Positions 36,998 to 47,477 of a DNA stretch of 64,000 nucleotides are shown piece after piece. Numbering within the stretch: position 1 is the stretch's first letter; each line of letters opens with the position of its first letter. Below the pieces are notes generated by a model. The model was not told where the DNA came from, did not search any database, and worked only from the letters and a program-made list of their open reading frames with translations. Position numbers and translations under genes: made by a program. The stretch is from an uncultured Candidatus Saccharibacteria bacterium. Its GTDB lineage: Bacteria; Patescibacteriota; Minisyncoccia; Phycocordibacterales; CAIZLB01. The stretch spans positions 57,969-121,968 of the forward strand of contig CAZFOD010000001.1 of assembly GCA_964520545.1 (NCBI GenBank), given 5' to 3'.

Positions 36998-37423
36998 ATG
37001 CTTCTTCCTAAGAAAGTAAAACACCGAAAATGGCAGACTTCCCGGGTAAACCCGAAGAAGATTGGCGTTGAGACACGAGGTATTCATCTTAACTTCGGTT
37101 CATTCGGTATTAAAGCTACAAGCGCTTTCCGTATTACATCGAACCAGATTGAATCTGCTCGAAAGGTAATTGCTCGATCATCAGGTAAAACTGGCCGTAT
37201 CTGGATCCGAATCTTCCCTGATCGTCCTTGGACACAGAAAGCTGCGGAAGTAGGTATGGGTAAGGGAAAGGGAGATCCTCAGGGATATTGCGTCGAGGTT
37301 AAGCCTGGACGAATCATCTTCGAAGTTGACGGTATTGATGAGGTTACAGCTAGAGAAGCTCTTAGAAAGGCGGGCAGCAAGCTTCCTATCAAGACTCGAA
37401 TCGTTACTCGACACGACGCATAA
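36998..37423 (+). CDS. rplP: 50S ribosomal protein L16
   Basis: L16 signature (MLLPKKVKHRK). Confidence 0.95.
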   Translation: MLLPKKVKHRKWQTSRVNPKKIGVETRGIHLNFGSFGIKATSAFRITSNQIESARKVIARSSGKTGRIWIRIFPDRPWTQKAAEVGMGKGKGDPQGYCVEVKPGRIIFEVDGIDEVTAREALRKAGSKLPIKTRIVTRHDA

Positions 37424-37438
37424 ATTTAAATACACACC

Positions 37439-37639
37439 ATGTCTGAATTCAAAGATAAAAATCCAAAAGACCTCATGAAAGCGCTTACTGAAAAGAGAAA
37501 TGCGCTCCAGGATTTTCGATTTGGTATATCAGGTGGAAAGGCAAAGAACGTAAAGGAGGGTTCAATCCTTCGAAAGGACATTGCTCGAATCCTTACTGAA
37601 TTGAATGCGCAGGCAAAGACAGTAAAAGCAGCTAAATAA
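37439..37639 (+). CDS. rpmC: 50S ribosomal protein L29
   Basis: L29 family. Confidence 0.9.
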   Translation: MSEFKDKNPKDLMKALTEKRNALQDFRFGISGGKAKNVKEGSILRKDIARILTELNAQAKTVKAAK

Positions 37640-37653
37640 TTAATAAAAAAGTC

Positions 37654-37911
37654 ATGACTACCACATCAACAACTAAGACGGCATCAAAGAAGCGAGTACT
37701 CTCGGGTGTGGTCGTTTCTGACAAGATGAAGGACACAATTGTCGTATCAGTAGATCGATACGTAAAGGTTCCTAAGTACAACAAATATATTACTCGATCA
37801 AAGAAGTTCAAGGCACATGATGCTGGAAACACAAAGAAGATCGGTGATAAGGTCGACATTCAGGAATGTGCTCCTATTTCTAAAGATAAGCACTTTACGC
37901 TTCTAAAGTAA
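37654..37911 (+). CDS. rpsQ: 30S ribosomal protein S17
   Basis: S17 signature. Confidence 0.93.
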   Translation: MTTTSTTKTASKKRVLSGVVVSDKMKDTIVVSVDRYVKVPKYNKYITRSKKFKAHDAGNTKKIGDKVDIQECAPISKDKHFTLLK

Positions 37912-37921
37912 TTTTACTACC

Positions 37922-38293
37922 ATGTTACAACCACGCTCAATCGTAAACGTCGCAGACAACACAGGTGCAAAGCTTGTGCGAGTCTTTAAAATCCTCGGTT
38001 CTTCAAAGAAGCGAACTGCAGAAATCGGTGACATCATCGTTGTTTCTGTTCAGAAGGCTGAGCCACGAAAGGCTGTAAAGAAAAAGGATGTACTCCAGGC
38101 TGTCGTTGTAAGACAGCGAAAGGCATTCCGACGAAAGGACGGATCTTATGTTCGATTCGACGAAAATGCAGTAGTTATCCTAGATAAGGGAAAGAAGGAG
38201 CCATTGGCAGGTCGTATCTTCGGACCAATTCCTCGAGAAATCTCGGAGAAGGGTTTCCAGACAATCGCGTCACGTGCGCCTGAAATCGTTTAA
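37922..38293 (+). CDS. rplN: 50S ribosomal protein L14
   Basis: L14 signature. Confidence 0.95.
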   Translation: MLQPRSIVNVADNTGAKLVRVFKILGSSKKRTAEIGDIIVVSVQKAEPRKAVKKKDVLQAVVVRQRKAFRRKDGSYVRFDENAVVILDKGKKEPLAGRIFGPIPREISEKGFQTIASRAPEIV

Positions 38294-38320
38294 TATTGTC
38301 GCATATATAAATATACTTTT

Positions 38321-38620
38321 ATGAAAATCAAAAAAGGAGACAATATCATAGTGATCGCTGGAAAAGACAAGGGCCTTACAGCCAAGGTTATCAAGGCTAT
38401 GCCTAAAGATGACATGGTGCTTGTCGAAGGAGCTAATATGCGAAAGCGACATAAGCGATCAAACAAGCAGGGAGGTAAGGGTCAGATTGTTGACTTCGCT
38501 ACACCTATTCACGCTTCTAACGTTATGCTCGTAGAAGGAGGAAAGCGGACTCGAGTAGGAAAGAAGCTTGTTGGCGAGAAGTATGTTCGAATCAGCCGTA
38601 AGTCTGGAAAAACTCTCTAA
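38321..38620 (+). CDS. rplX: 50S ribosomal protein L24
   Basis: KOW motif, L24 family. Confidence 0.93.
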   Translation: MKIKKGDNIIVIAGKDKGLTAKVIKAMPKDDMVLVEGANMRKRHKRSNKQGGKGQIVDFATPIHASNVMLVEGGKRTRVGKKLVGEKYVRISRKSGKTL

Positions 38621-38637
38621 TCCTTTAAAGAAATTTT

Positions 38638-39189
38638 ATGAAAAACCATCTTACAATTAAAGAAAAAGGAGCAGGAGTATTCGACTCATTGAAGGGTCAG
38701 TTCGGCTACAAGAATAAACTTCAGGCACCTCGTGTCGTTAAGGTGACTCTTTCTGCCACAACTGGTTCTATCAAAGACCCAAAGAAGAAGGATCTTATCG
38801 GTGATCGTCTTAACAAGATTGCAGGACAGAAGGCAACAGCTACAACTGCAAAGAAATCAGTTGCTTCATTCAAGGTTCGACAGGGAGACAAAATTGGATA
38901 TCAGGTTACTCTCCGAGGTGAGCGAATGTGGAGCTTCCTAGAGAAGCTTGTAAATGTTGCTCTTCCACGAACAAGAGACTTCCGTGGTATTGAAGCTAAG
39001 TCGGTCGACGCTATGGGTAACTATACCCTCGGTATCAAGGAGCACACTGTGTTCCCTGAGACGACAGACGAGGAAATTAAAGATGTGTTCGGATTTGCTG
39101 TCACTTTGGTGACTTCAGCAAAGAAGAAGGAGGAAACTAAGGCTCTTCTAGAACATCTCGGCTTTTTGTTCAAAAAAGCTGAAAAATAA
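38638..39189 (+). CDS. rplE: 50S ribosomal protein L5
   Basis: L5 family. Confidence 0.95.
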   Translation: MKNHLTIKEKGAGVFDSLKGQFGYKNKLQAPRVVKVTLSATTGSIKDPKKKDLIGDRLNKIAGQKATATTAKKSVASFKVRQGDKIGYQVTLRGERMWSFLEKLVNVALPRTRDFRGIEAKSVDAMGNYTLGIKEHTVFPETTDEEIKDVFGFAVTLVTSAKKKEETKALLEHLGFLFKKAEK

Positions 39190-39238
39190 CATTGACTTTA
39201 GCCGTCAAAATTGATAGCATCACGAAACATTACGTATT

Positions 39239-39424
39239 ATGGCAAAAACATCAACAGTCGCACGATCACTTAAAGCACCGAAGTTCCAGAGCCGGGTAGT
39301 TCGACGATGTTTCCGATGTGGTCGAAAGCGAGGCTATATGCGAGACTTCGATATGTGTCGAATCTGCTTCCGAGAAGCAGCTAACGACGGACGAATCCCA
39401 GGAATAAAAAAATCATCATGGTAG
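39239..39424 (+). CDS. rpsZ: 30S ribosomal protein S14 type Z (zinc-ribbon, 61 aa)
   Basis: CxxC...CxxC (CFRCGRKRGY...CRICFRE). Confidence 0.95.
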   Translation: MAKTSTVARSLKAPKFQSRVVRRCFRCGRKRGYMRDFDMCRICFREAANDGRIPGIKKSSW

Positions 39425-39807
39425 ACAGCATTTCATCACTTATCATAAAGCTTAAGAACGCAAACACTGCAGGTAAGACAGTAGTTTCTTTCCCATACTC
39501 AAAGATCCGAGAAGCTATTCTCAATACTCTTGCTAAGGAAGGCTATGTAAAGGCTGTTACAAAGAAGGGAAAGAAAGTTATTAAGGAAATTGAAGCTGAA
39601 CTCGTTTACGAAAACGGTAAGCCTCGAATCACAGGTATCGAACAGGTTTCAAAGCAGTCACGACGTATCTATCAGGGTGCTAATGAACTTCGACCTGTGC
39701 AGAGCGGATTCGGTTCTCTTATTGTTACTACTCCTAAAGGAGTTTTGACAGGAAAGGAGGCTCGAAAGGAAAAGGTCGGTGGAGAGGTTCTCTTTAAGAT
39801 CTGGTAA
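39418..39807 (+). CDS. rpsH: 30S ribosomal protein S8
   Basis: S8 family. Confidence 0.95.
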   Translation: MVDSISSLIIKLKNANTAGKTVVSFPYSKIREAILNTLAKEGYVKAVTKKGKKVIKEIEAELVYENGKPRITGIEQVSKQSRRIYQGANELRPVQSGFGSLIVTTPKGVLTGKEARKEKVGGEVLFKIW

Positions 39808-39819
39808 TCATTTAAATAT

Positions 39820-40353
39820 ATGTCACGAACAGGTAAACAAAAAATCGAAATCCCAGCAAAGACAGAAGTCACTATGGTTGACGGTTTGTTTACTGTGAAG
39901 GGCCCAAAGGGAGAATTGAAGCGTGAGTTCAAGAGCGTTATCGCTATCAAAATCGATGGATCTTCTATTACACTTGAGCCTATGAAGAACTCACTAGAGA
40001 CAAAAGCGCTCTGGGGCACATATGCTTCACATGTTAAGAATATGATAACGGGTGTAAACACTCCTTACGTTAAAAAACTCATTCTCGAAGGTATCGGTTA
40101 CAAATCTGACGTCGTTGGAACCACACTTAAGATGGCACTCGGTTTTTCACACCCAGTAAATGTAGAGATTCCACAGGGTCTTACAGTTACTTCAGAAAAG
40201 GGTACAATTACTGTTACTGGTCCAGATAAGGAAGCTGTTGGTCAGTTTGCAGCAGAAGTTCGTGCTTTGAAGAAGCCTGAGCCGTATAAGGGAAAAGGTT
40301 TTCGATATGAAGGAGAGGTTATCAAGCGAAAGCAAGGTAAGAAGACAGCTTAG
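39820..40353 (+). CDS. rplF: 50S ribosomal protein L6
   Basis: L6 family, two repeated domains. Confidence 0.95.
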   Translation: MSRTGKQKIEIPAKTEVTMVDGLFTVKGPKGELKREFKSVIAIKIDGSSITLEPMKNSLETKALWGTYASHVKNMITGVNTPYVKKLILEGIGYKSDVVGTTLKMALGFSHPVNVEIPQGLTVTSEKGTITVTGPDKEAVGQFAAEVRALKKPEPYKGKGFRYEGEVIKRKQGKKTA

Positions 40354-40367
40354 TTTATAGAACTACC

Positions 40368-40712
40368 ATGAAACAACACATTATTTCATCAACACGAGAT
40401 CGACGACGAAAGCGCATTCGCGCGAAGGTTTCTGGTACAGCAGATCGACCTCGACTTTCAGTGTTCAAATCAAACACAACTATTTACGCACAGCTCATCG
40501 ACGATGATGCTGGCAAGACTTTGGCAATGGCCTCAACAAAAGGGTTGAAGGGGAACAAGACAGAGGCTGCAAAGGCAGCGGGGCTTGCTCTCGCAAAGGC
40601 AGCTCAGGGAAACAAAATCGTTGCTGTTGTATTTGATCGAGGCGGCTTTATTTACACAGGACGAGTAAAGGCTCTTGCCGAAGGCGCGCGAGAAGGCGGT
40701 CTCAAATTCTAA
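40368..40712 (+). CDS. rplR: 50S ribosomal protein L18
   Basis: L18 family. Confidence 0.93.
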   Translation: MKQHIISSTRDRRRKRIRAKVSGTADRPRLSVFKSNTTIYAQLIDDDAGKTLAMASTKGLKGNKTEAAKAAGLALAKAAQGNKIVAVVFDRGGFIYTGRVKALAEGAREGGLKF

Positions 40713-40716
40713 ATAT

Positions 40717-41373
40717 ATGACTGAAGAAAACAAAACACAGGAAAATACAGAAACAACACCAGTAGCCCCAGCTCCAGCTATTGCATCAGTGCTTGCAGCT
40801 ACGGCAACAGGCCCTCAGGCTGCTCCTACTCCATTCCAGCGAAATGATCGACGTGGTGCCTCAGCAGGTGGTCCTCGACGAGATGGTGGACGTGGTGGAG
40901 AGCGACGAGGTGGTCCTCGACGTGAACCTCGCGCTAAGCCAGAGTTTGATCAGAAAATTATCGATATCCGACGAGTAACACGAGTTGCATCAGGAGGACG
41001 ACGATTTAGCTTTGCTGTATCTCTAGTTGCCGGCGACCGAAAGGGTCGTGTTGGTGTGGGTACAGGAAAGGGGGGTGATACAGCGCTCGCTGTAGACAAG
41101 GCAGCTCGAAATGCTAAGAAGAATATGATTCTTGTTAATCTTACAAAAACAGGAAGCATCGCTCATGAAATCAAGGCTAAATATTCTAGCGCGCGTGTTG
41201 AAATGATGCCTGCTCCTGGAAAGGGAATTGTAGCTGGTAGCTCAGTTCGAGATGTTATTGACCTTGCTGGTATCAAAGATATTACAGCAAAGCTTCGATC
41301 TGGAACAAAGAATAAGCTTAACAACGCACGAGCAGCTGTCATGGCTCTTGGCTTGATAAAGAAAGCGCGTTAA
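40717..41373 (+). CDS. rpsE: 30S ribosomal protein S5 with an RGG/Pro-rich N-terminal extension. Start trimmed to MTEENK
   Basis: S5 dsRBD plus C-terminal domain. The track ORF overlaps the rplR end. Confidence 0.93.
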   Translation: MTEENKTQENTETTPVAPAPAIASVLAATATGPQAAPTPFQRNDRRGASAGGPRRDGGRGGERRGGPRREPRAKPEFDQKIIDIRRVTRVASGGRRFSFAVSLVAGDRKGRVGVGTGKGGDTALAVDKAARNAKKNMILVNLTKTGSIAHEIKAKYSSARVEMMPAPGKGIVAGSSVRDVIDLAGIKDITAKLRSGTKNKLNNARAAVMALGLIKKAR

Positions 41374-41396
41374 TTTAGATATATAATTACACTGCC

Positions 41397-41834
41397 ATGC
41401 AAATGCACAACCTCAAGCGAAAATATCCAACAGTTAAAACTACTCAAATAGGGCGTGGTGGCAAACGTGGTAAGACTTCAGGAAAGGGAGGCAAGGGTCA
41501 GACTGCTCGAGCCGGTGCTAAGGTTCGACCAGAGATTCGAGATACAATTAAGAGACTTCCTAAGCTTCGAGGACGAGGAAAGAACTCTTTCCTTTCTATC
41601 CAGACAAAGCCTGTTGCACTTAACCTTTCACATCTTTCAGTATTTAAGGCTGGAGAAAAAGTAACACCTAAGACTCTCGTTGATAAAGGTGTTATCACTA
41701 TATACAAAGGACGATATCCATCAGTAAAGATTCTTTCTAACGGTGAGGTTTCTACAAAGCTTGTCATTTCAGATTGCGATGTTTCTGCCAGCGCTAAGAC
41801 TAAAATCGAAGCAGCAGGCGGTAACGTAAAGTAA
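41397..41834 (+). CDS. rplO: 50S ribosomal protein L15. No rpmD (L30) gene precedes it
   Basis: L15 family (GRGGKRGKTSGKGGKG). Confidence 0.95.
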   Translation: MQMHNLKRKYPTVKTTQIGRGGKRGKTSGKGGKGQTARAGAKVRPEIRDTIKRLPKLRGRGKNSFLSIQTKPVALNLSHLSVFKAGEKVTPKTLVDKGVITIYKGRYPSVKILSNGEVSTKLVISDCDVSASAKTKIEAAGGNVK

Positions 41835-41835
41835 T

Positions 41836-43107
41836 ATGAATACATTCTTTTCAAAGATAAAATCACTTTTTTCAGACAGGACTCTTCGAAATCGAACATT
41901 GTTCGTTATCGGAGCTCTTATTGTTTTTAGACTCCTTGCGGTAGTTCCAATTCCTGGAGTTGACGAAGCGGCCCTTGCTCAGTTTTTGAACGGAAATCAG
42001 TTTTTTGGACTTCTTAATATTTTCTCTGGAGGAGGGCTTTCAACTCTCTCAATCGTTATGCTCGGTGTCGGTCCTTACATTACGGCTTCCATCATCATGC
42101 AGCTCGTTACGATGATGTCAGACAGAATGAAGGCTATGTATCAGGAAGATGGTGAGGCGGGAAGAAGGAAGTTTAATCAATACACTCGACTCATTACTGT
42201 TCCTCTCGCGTTTGTTCAGGCATTCGCGTTTATCGTTATTCTTCAGAGACAAGGTATTGTTGCTAATCTAGAGACTTTTGATCTCGTTCGGAACGTAATG
42301 GTTATCGTTACAGGCTCAATTCTTCTTATGTGGATTGGAGAACTTATGACAGAGTTCGGTATCGGTAACGGTCTTTCAATGATTATCTTTGCAGGTATAG
42401 TCTCAGGGCTTCCTCAGGCTATTGGGCAGCTTCGAGTGATTTACGATCCAGCTCAGCTTCCTCTGTACATTGGCTTGTTGGTTGCGGCAATTGTTGTAAT
42501 CTACGCTGTTGTATTCATAACGGAGGCAGAGCGACCAATCCCTGTTACTTATGCAAAGCAGGTTCGTGGTGGAAAGGTGTATGGTGGAGCTTCTACATAT
42601 CTTCCTCTTCGACTTAACCAGGCTGGAGTTATTCCAATCATCTTCGCCCTCTCTATACTTCTCTTGCCTCAGATGCTTTTCAACCTACTGTCATATGCTA
42701 ACAATGTGACTATTGCTCGAATTTCAGTTGCTGTATCTGACTTCATGGCTAACCCATGGCTCTATGCTCTTGCATACTTCATTCTTGTATTCCTCTTCAC
42801 ATTCTTCTACACAGCTGTTACGTTCGATCCACAGTCAATTTCAACCAACCTTCAGAAGAATGGAGCTTTCATTCCTGGTGTTCGTCCTGGCGACCCTACA
42901 TCAGTTCACTTGAGCAAGGTGGTTACTCGAATCACACTTGTTGGAGCACTCTTCCTTGGTATCATCGCGGTTCTTCCTCCTGTTGTTCATGCCCTTACAG
43001 GTATTCAGCAGATTACTCTCGGAGGTACAGCGCTCCTCATCGTGGTACAGGTTGTTCTCGACATCGTAAAGAAAGTCGACGCTCAGTTAGCAATGCGAGA
43101 ATATTAA
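41836..43107 (+). CDS. secY: Preprotein translocase subunit SecY
   Basis: 10-TM SecY family, 423 aa. Confidence 0.95.
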   Translation: MNTFFSKIKSLFSDRTLRNRTLFVIGALIVFRLLAVVPIPGVDEAALAQFLNGNQFFGLLNIFSGGGLSTLSIVMLGVGPYITASIIMQLVTMMSDRMKAMYQEDGEAGRRKFNQYTRLITVPLAFVQAFAFIVILQRQGIVANLETFDLVRNVMVIVTGSILLMWIGELMTEFGIGNGLSMIIFAGIVSGLPQAIGQLRVIYDPAQLPLYIGLLVAAIVVIYAVVFITEAERPIPVTYAKQVRGGKVYGGASTYLPLRLNQAGVIPIIFALSILLLPQMLFNLLSYANNVTIARISVAVSDFMANPWLYALAYFILVFLFTFFYTAVTFDPQSISTNLQKNGAFIPGVRPGDPTSVHLSKVVTRITLVGALFLGIIAVLPPVVHALTGIQQITLGGTALLIVVQVVLDIVKKVDAQLAMREY

Positions 43108-43179
43108 TATCTCCATATTAGAATATTGAAATGGCTCCGAAAGGAGCCTTTTCTTTTTGCGTGATATGATATTAATACT

Positions 43180-43794
43180 ATGACACCAAAGACCTTCATA
43201 CTCATGGGTAGGTCCGGATGCGGAAAGGGTACACAATCAAAGCTACTTCGTGATGTTGTTTTAGCCAAAGACGAGGGCAAAAGAAAAGTCGTATATCTTG
43301 AGACCGGTGAACGATTCCGTGAATTCATCAAAATGAAAGGATTTTCCAGTGCGTTAGCAGCTGAGGTTAACAAAACAGGCATGCCTCAACCTGCATTTCT
43401 TGCCGTGTGGAATTGGGCACATCTTTTGGTGGAACAAATGACAGGTGAAGAACATCTTTTCATCGATGGTACACCGCGATCATATCAGGAGGCGTTGGTA
43501 TTTGATTCAGCGGTAAATTTTTACAAACGTGAGAATCCTACAGTCATATATATCGATGTGAGTAAGGATTGGTCCCGTGAAAGATTGGTAAGTCGTGCGA
43601 AAACTGAAGGAAGACTTGATGATCAGAATGCGGAAAGAATCGAGAAGCGTCTTTCTTGGTTTGATACAGAGGTAATTCCAGCGGTCGACTTTTTTCGGGT
43701 GAATGAAAGATATACATATATCCACGTGAACGGGGAGCAGCCCATAGAAAAGGTTCATGCGGACATCATTGCGGAATTGGAGCGAAACAAGTAG
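43180..43794 (+). CDS. adk: Adenylate kinase (short type, no zinc lid)
   Basis: P-loop GRSGCGKGT and LID arginines (RAKTEGRLDD). Confidence 0.8.
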   Translation: MTPKTFILMGRSGCGKGTQSKLLRDVVLAKDEGKRKVVYLETGERFREFIKMKGFSSALAAEVNKTGMPQPAFLAVWNWAHLLVEQMTGEEHLFIDGTPRSYQEALVFDSAVNFYKRENPTVIYIDVSKDWSRERLVSRAKTEGRLDDQNAERIEKRLSWFDTEVIPAVDFFRVNERYTYIHVNGEQPIEKVHADIIAELERNK

Positions 43795-43806
43795 TATGTT
43801 TTTTAC

Positions 43807-44598
43807 ATGACAGCGAGCATAAAGACAGCAGGAGATATCGAGATATTGAGAAAAGCGGGAGCTATCCTTGCTGATATTTTGCGTAAATTAGATATGGCAG
43901 CAAAGCCAGGTGTTTCCTCTCAAGACCTAGAAGATCTAGCTAGAAAGCTAACTGCAGAGGCTGGCGCTACACCTGCATTTCTTGGATATACACCACAAGG
44001 AGCGAATCACCCTTTCCCTGCAGCACTATGTCTCTCAATTAACGACGTAGTGGTGCATGGTATACCAAATGTTAATCCTTCTGTATTGGAAGAGGGTGAT
44101 ATTGTTACTATCGATATGGGCATATCGTACAAGGGGTTGATAGTAGACAGTGCGATTACCGTAGGTATTGGGGAGGTTGATAGCAGGGGCAAGCAACTTC
44201 TTAAGGCGGGTAAGGAAACACTCGATGCTGCAATTGAGCTTTGTAAGAACAGGACGGGGGCTATAAAAACAGGAGATATAGGTGCTGCTATAGAAAAAGC
44301 TGGTGAGTACTATCACAAGACTTATGGTTTTAATTTTGCAGAAGGTCTCGGCGGGCATGGAGTTGGATATGCTGTGCACGAAGATCCATTTGTTCCAAAT
44401 TTTGGTAAGCCTGGACAGGGTGTTGTATTGAAGCCTGGAATGGTCATAGCTATCGAACCGATTTTGAATGAAGGTGACAGCAGAATCACTCTTGATGACG
44501 ATGACTATACATATCGTACATTTGATGGAAAGCGCAGTGTGCACTTTGAACATACGGTTTTGATAACAGAGACAGGGGCAGAGGTTTTGACTGCGTAG
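43807..44598 (+). CDS. map: Methionine aminopeptidase type I
   Basis: Pita-bread fold metal ligands (D, D, H, E, E pattern). 263 aa. Confidence 0.9.
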   Translation: MTASIKTAGDIEILRKAGAILADILRKLDMAAKPGVSSQDLEDLARKLTAEAGATPAFLGYTPQGANHPFPAALCLSINDVVVHGIPNVNPSVLEEGDIVTIDMGISYKGLIVDSAITVGIGEVDSRGKQLLKAGKETLDAAIELCKNRTGAIKTGDIGAAIEKAGEYYHKTYGFNFAEGLGGHGVGYAVHEDPFVPNFGKPGQGVVLKPGMVIAIEPILNEGDSRITLDDDDYTYRTFDGKRSVHFEHTVLITETGAEVLTA

Positions 44599-44660
44599 AT
44601 ATATTTCACAGTTCTCTCTGGCTATCGCTCGGAAGTGAACAATGTCGTATAATAATCCTA

Positions 44661-47471
44661 ATGGAACAACGCGGTTTAACATACGAAGGTAAGCAATTTA
44701 GTTCTCCTGAGGAAGAACTTCAATATTTACGACAAGTTGTCGCTAGTAAGGAACGCGGTCTTAGCTCTATTGGTGAAAAGAAAGAGCGTGAAGCAATAAT
44801 TGCAGAAGAACTTTCTACATACAGCAGACAGCAAATGGATAAGGTGTTGCATGAGAGCTACAAGATGCCTGCTCACGAACAGCGAGAGATTGTTCTTGAA
44901 CTTTCTCCTGAGCCTCATGATAAGAAAATAGAAGAATTGCTTTCTGTGATGTATGAGCGCGGAGTGCTGAATGCTTTAGCTGTTGCTGGTGCGTTCAATA
45001 ATCCTCATATCGATGACGACTTCCACCGATTCCTTGTTGAATATATAAAGAAGGGGTTGCCGACACCTGGGCTTAAAGAGACTTTACCCATAGCTAAGGC
45101 TTTGAAACATACTCTGTACGAAGTTTCATTACCAGAGGCAAAGAAAGATGATCAGAAGAAGGTGTTGAAGGAAATGCTTTCATCTATGGAGCAATTCTAC
45201 TCAGGTATGCTTTCTGTTTCAGGTGGTCGCGAGACTGCTGAGGAGAACCAGTTCTCGCTGGAGCTTGCAGTTGCAGAGGGTGGTGAAGAGTTTGTTTTCT
45301 ATGTATCAGTACCTGACAGTAAAGCTGGGCTTTTTGAAAAACAGTTTCTCTCCATATTCTCGAATGCAAAAATAGTTGAAAAGAAGGATAGCTACAACGT
45401 CTTTAATGTCGACGGTTTTTCTGTTGGAGCTGAAGCTGAACAGACAAAGAATCCCATATTTCCAATTAAGCAATATGAACAATTTGATTACGATCCTTTG
45501 AACGTAATATTGAATACATTGTCAAAGATTGAAAAAGATGGGGAAGGGGCATCAATACAAATCATTTTCAATCCAGTTGGTGATTACTACACAAAGCTTT
45601 ACAAAGACGCTCTTGATGAAATCAACAAAGGTACAAGTGTTAAGAAGGCTATCGATATCCGCCATAGTATATGGGGAGAGTTTACAAAAGTTGCTGGGGA
45701 AATGGCTAAGGATATCGCCAAGGAAGCAGTGACAAGTGGTAAGAAGGATGAAAAGAAAGATAAGCCAATTGATCAGATTGCTGTCGAGCAAATCACTGCG
45801 AAAATCTCAAGCCCAATAGCTGAAACCAACATCCGTATTGTCGCTTCTGCAGCCAATCGCCCTCGTGCAGAACATATTCTTTCTGATATGGAAGCGGCCT
45901 TTAATCAATTTGAGAATCCACTAGGCTCAGGATTGAAATTTAAAAGAAAGGAGGGTGGGGAGCTTAATGAGTTGTTCCATAACTTTAGTTATCGCCTGTT
46001 CGATAAGCGAAAGGCACTCCCTGTGTCTTTGCGAGAGTTGACCACCGTCATGCATTTTCCAGTTGAAAGTGTTGTAAGTTCATCTCAACTTAAACAGTCG
46101 AAAGCAGGAACAGCTTCTGCACCGATTGGATTGCCGAAGCAGGGGATTTTCCTTGGAACAAACAAGCATCGTAATACGGAAACAAAGATATATATGAGTA
46201 AGGAGGACAGATTACGTCACTTCTATGCAATTGGACAAACAGGTACAGGTAAATCCACCATGTTGAAAAACATGATTATTCAAGATATCAAAAATGGAGA
46301 GGGAATATGCTTCATTGATCCACACGGCTCCGATGTTCAGGATATCTTGGCACACATTCCTCCAGAGCGCTACGATGATGTCATATATTTTGATCCGTCT
46401 CATGTTGATCGGCCAATGGCACTCAACATGCTCGAATACAATCGAGATTTCCCTGAACAAAAGACATTCGTCGTAAACGAACTTTTTAGCATCTTCCAGA
46501 AGCTGTACGGAGGTGTGCCCGAATCTATGGGTCCAATGTTTGAACAATATTTCCGAAACGCAACAATGCTTGTGATTGAAGACCCGGATAGTGGTTGTAC
46601 ATTGCTCGATGTTTCTCGAGTAATGGCTGTTAAGAGTTTCCGTGATATGAAGATTTCGAAGTGTAAGAATCCAATAGTCGTACAGTTCTGGAAAGAGATT
46701 GCTGAAAAGGCAGGAGGGGAAGGGTCTTTGCAGAACATGGTGCCATATATCACAAGTAAGTTCGATGTGTTCCTTGCAAACGACATCATGCGACCAATCA
46801 TTGCTCAGGAGAAGTCGAGCTTTAATTTCAGAGAGATTATGGACAGCAAGAAAATCTTGCTTGTAAATCTTGCAAAAGGAAGACTGGGGGATATTAACTC
46901 ATCTCTCATTGGTCTCATTCTCGTCGGTAAAATTCTCATGGCAGCACTTTCACGTGTTGATTCATTCGGTAAAGATATGAATCCTTTCTATCTCTACATC
47001 GACGAATTTCAAAATATCACCACACCTTCCATCTCAACCATTCTTTCAGAAGCCCGAAAGTACAAACTTTCTCTAAACATTGCACATCAGTTCATCGCGC
47101 AGTTGGATGAGAATATAAAGGATGCAGTGTTTGGTAACGTTGGATCTATGGCGGTGTTTCGAGTGGGAAGTGAAGACGCTGAGTTTTTGCAGAAACAGTT
47201 TGAACCAGTATTTACCTCAAGCGATATTATGAATATCGATAACATGAATTGCTACTTGAAAATGCTTTCAGATGGAAAGCCAACTCGTCCTTTCAATATT
47301 GAATTCACATGGCCAGAGCCTGGTAACAAAAAGATTGTTGAGAAAATAAAGGAATTGTCGTATCTAAAGTTTGGACAAGACAGGGAAGAGGTTGAAGCTG
47401 CTATTTTGGAGAAGTATAAAAAAGAGCCTGTTCCCGAAAGACCTGCGAGAGAAAATCCGTTTGGTGTATAA
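44661..47471 (+). CDS. Large P-loop NTPase of the HerA/FtsK/VirB4-TraG superfamily (DUF87-like: Walker A GQTGTGKST followed by FIDPHG; Walker B LYIDEFQN) with a roughly 480-aa N-terminal domain of unknown function
   Basis: The motif order matches HerA/TraG-type ATPases. It occupies the position where infA-rpmJ-rpsM-rpsK-rpoA-rplQ usually follow map. Confidence 0.6.
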   Translation: MEQRGLTYEGKQFSSPEEELQYLRQVVASKERGLSSIGEKKEREAIIAEELSTYSRQQMDKVLHESYKMPAHEQREIVLELSPEPHDKKIEELLSVMYERGVLNALAVAGAFNNPHIDDDFHRFLVEYIKKGLPTPGLKETLPIAKALKHTLYEVSLPEAKKDDQKKVLKEMLSSMEQFYSGMLSVSGGRETAEENQFSLELAVAEGGEEFVFYVSVPDSKAGLFEKQFLSIFSNAKIVEKKDSYNVFNVDGFSVGAEAEQTKNPIFPIKQYEQFDYDPLNVILNTLSKIEKDGEGASIQIIFNPVGDYYTKLYKDALDEINKGTSVKKAIDIRHSIWGEFTKVAGEMAKDIAKEAVTSGKKDEKKDKPIDQIAVEQITAKISSPIAETNIRIVASAANRPRAEHILSDMEAAFNQFENPLGSGLKFKRKEGGELNELFHNFSYRLFDKRKALPVSLRELTTVMHFPVESVVSSSQLKQSKAGTASAPIGLPKQGIFLGTNKHRNTETKIYMSKEDRLRHFYAIGQTGTGKSTMLKNMIIQDIKNGEGICFIDPHGSDVQDILAHIPPERYDDVIYFDPSHVDRPMALNMLEYNRDFPEQKTFVVNELFSIFQKLYGGVPESMGPMFEQYFRNATMLVIEDPDSGCTLLDVSRVMAVKSFRDMKISKCKNPIVVQFWKEIAEKAGGEGSLQNMVPYITSKFDVFLANDIMRPIIAQEKSSFNFREIMDSKKILLVNLAKGRLGDINSSLIGLILVGKILMAALSRVDSFGKDMNPFYLYIDEFQNITTPSISTILSEARKYKLSLNIAHQFIAQLDENIKDAVFGNVGSMAVFRVGSEDAEFLQKQFEPVFTSSDIMNIDNMNCYLKMLSDGKPTRPFNIEFTWPEPGNKKIVEKIKELSYLKFGQDREEVEAAILEKYKKEPVPERPARENPFGV

Positions 47472-47477
47472 AAAAAT

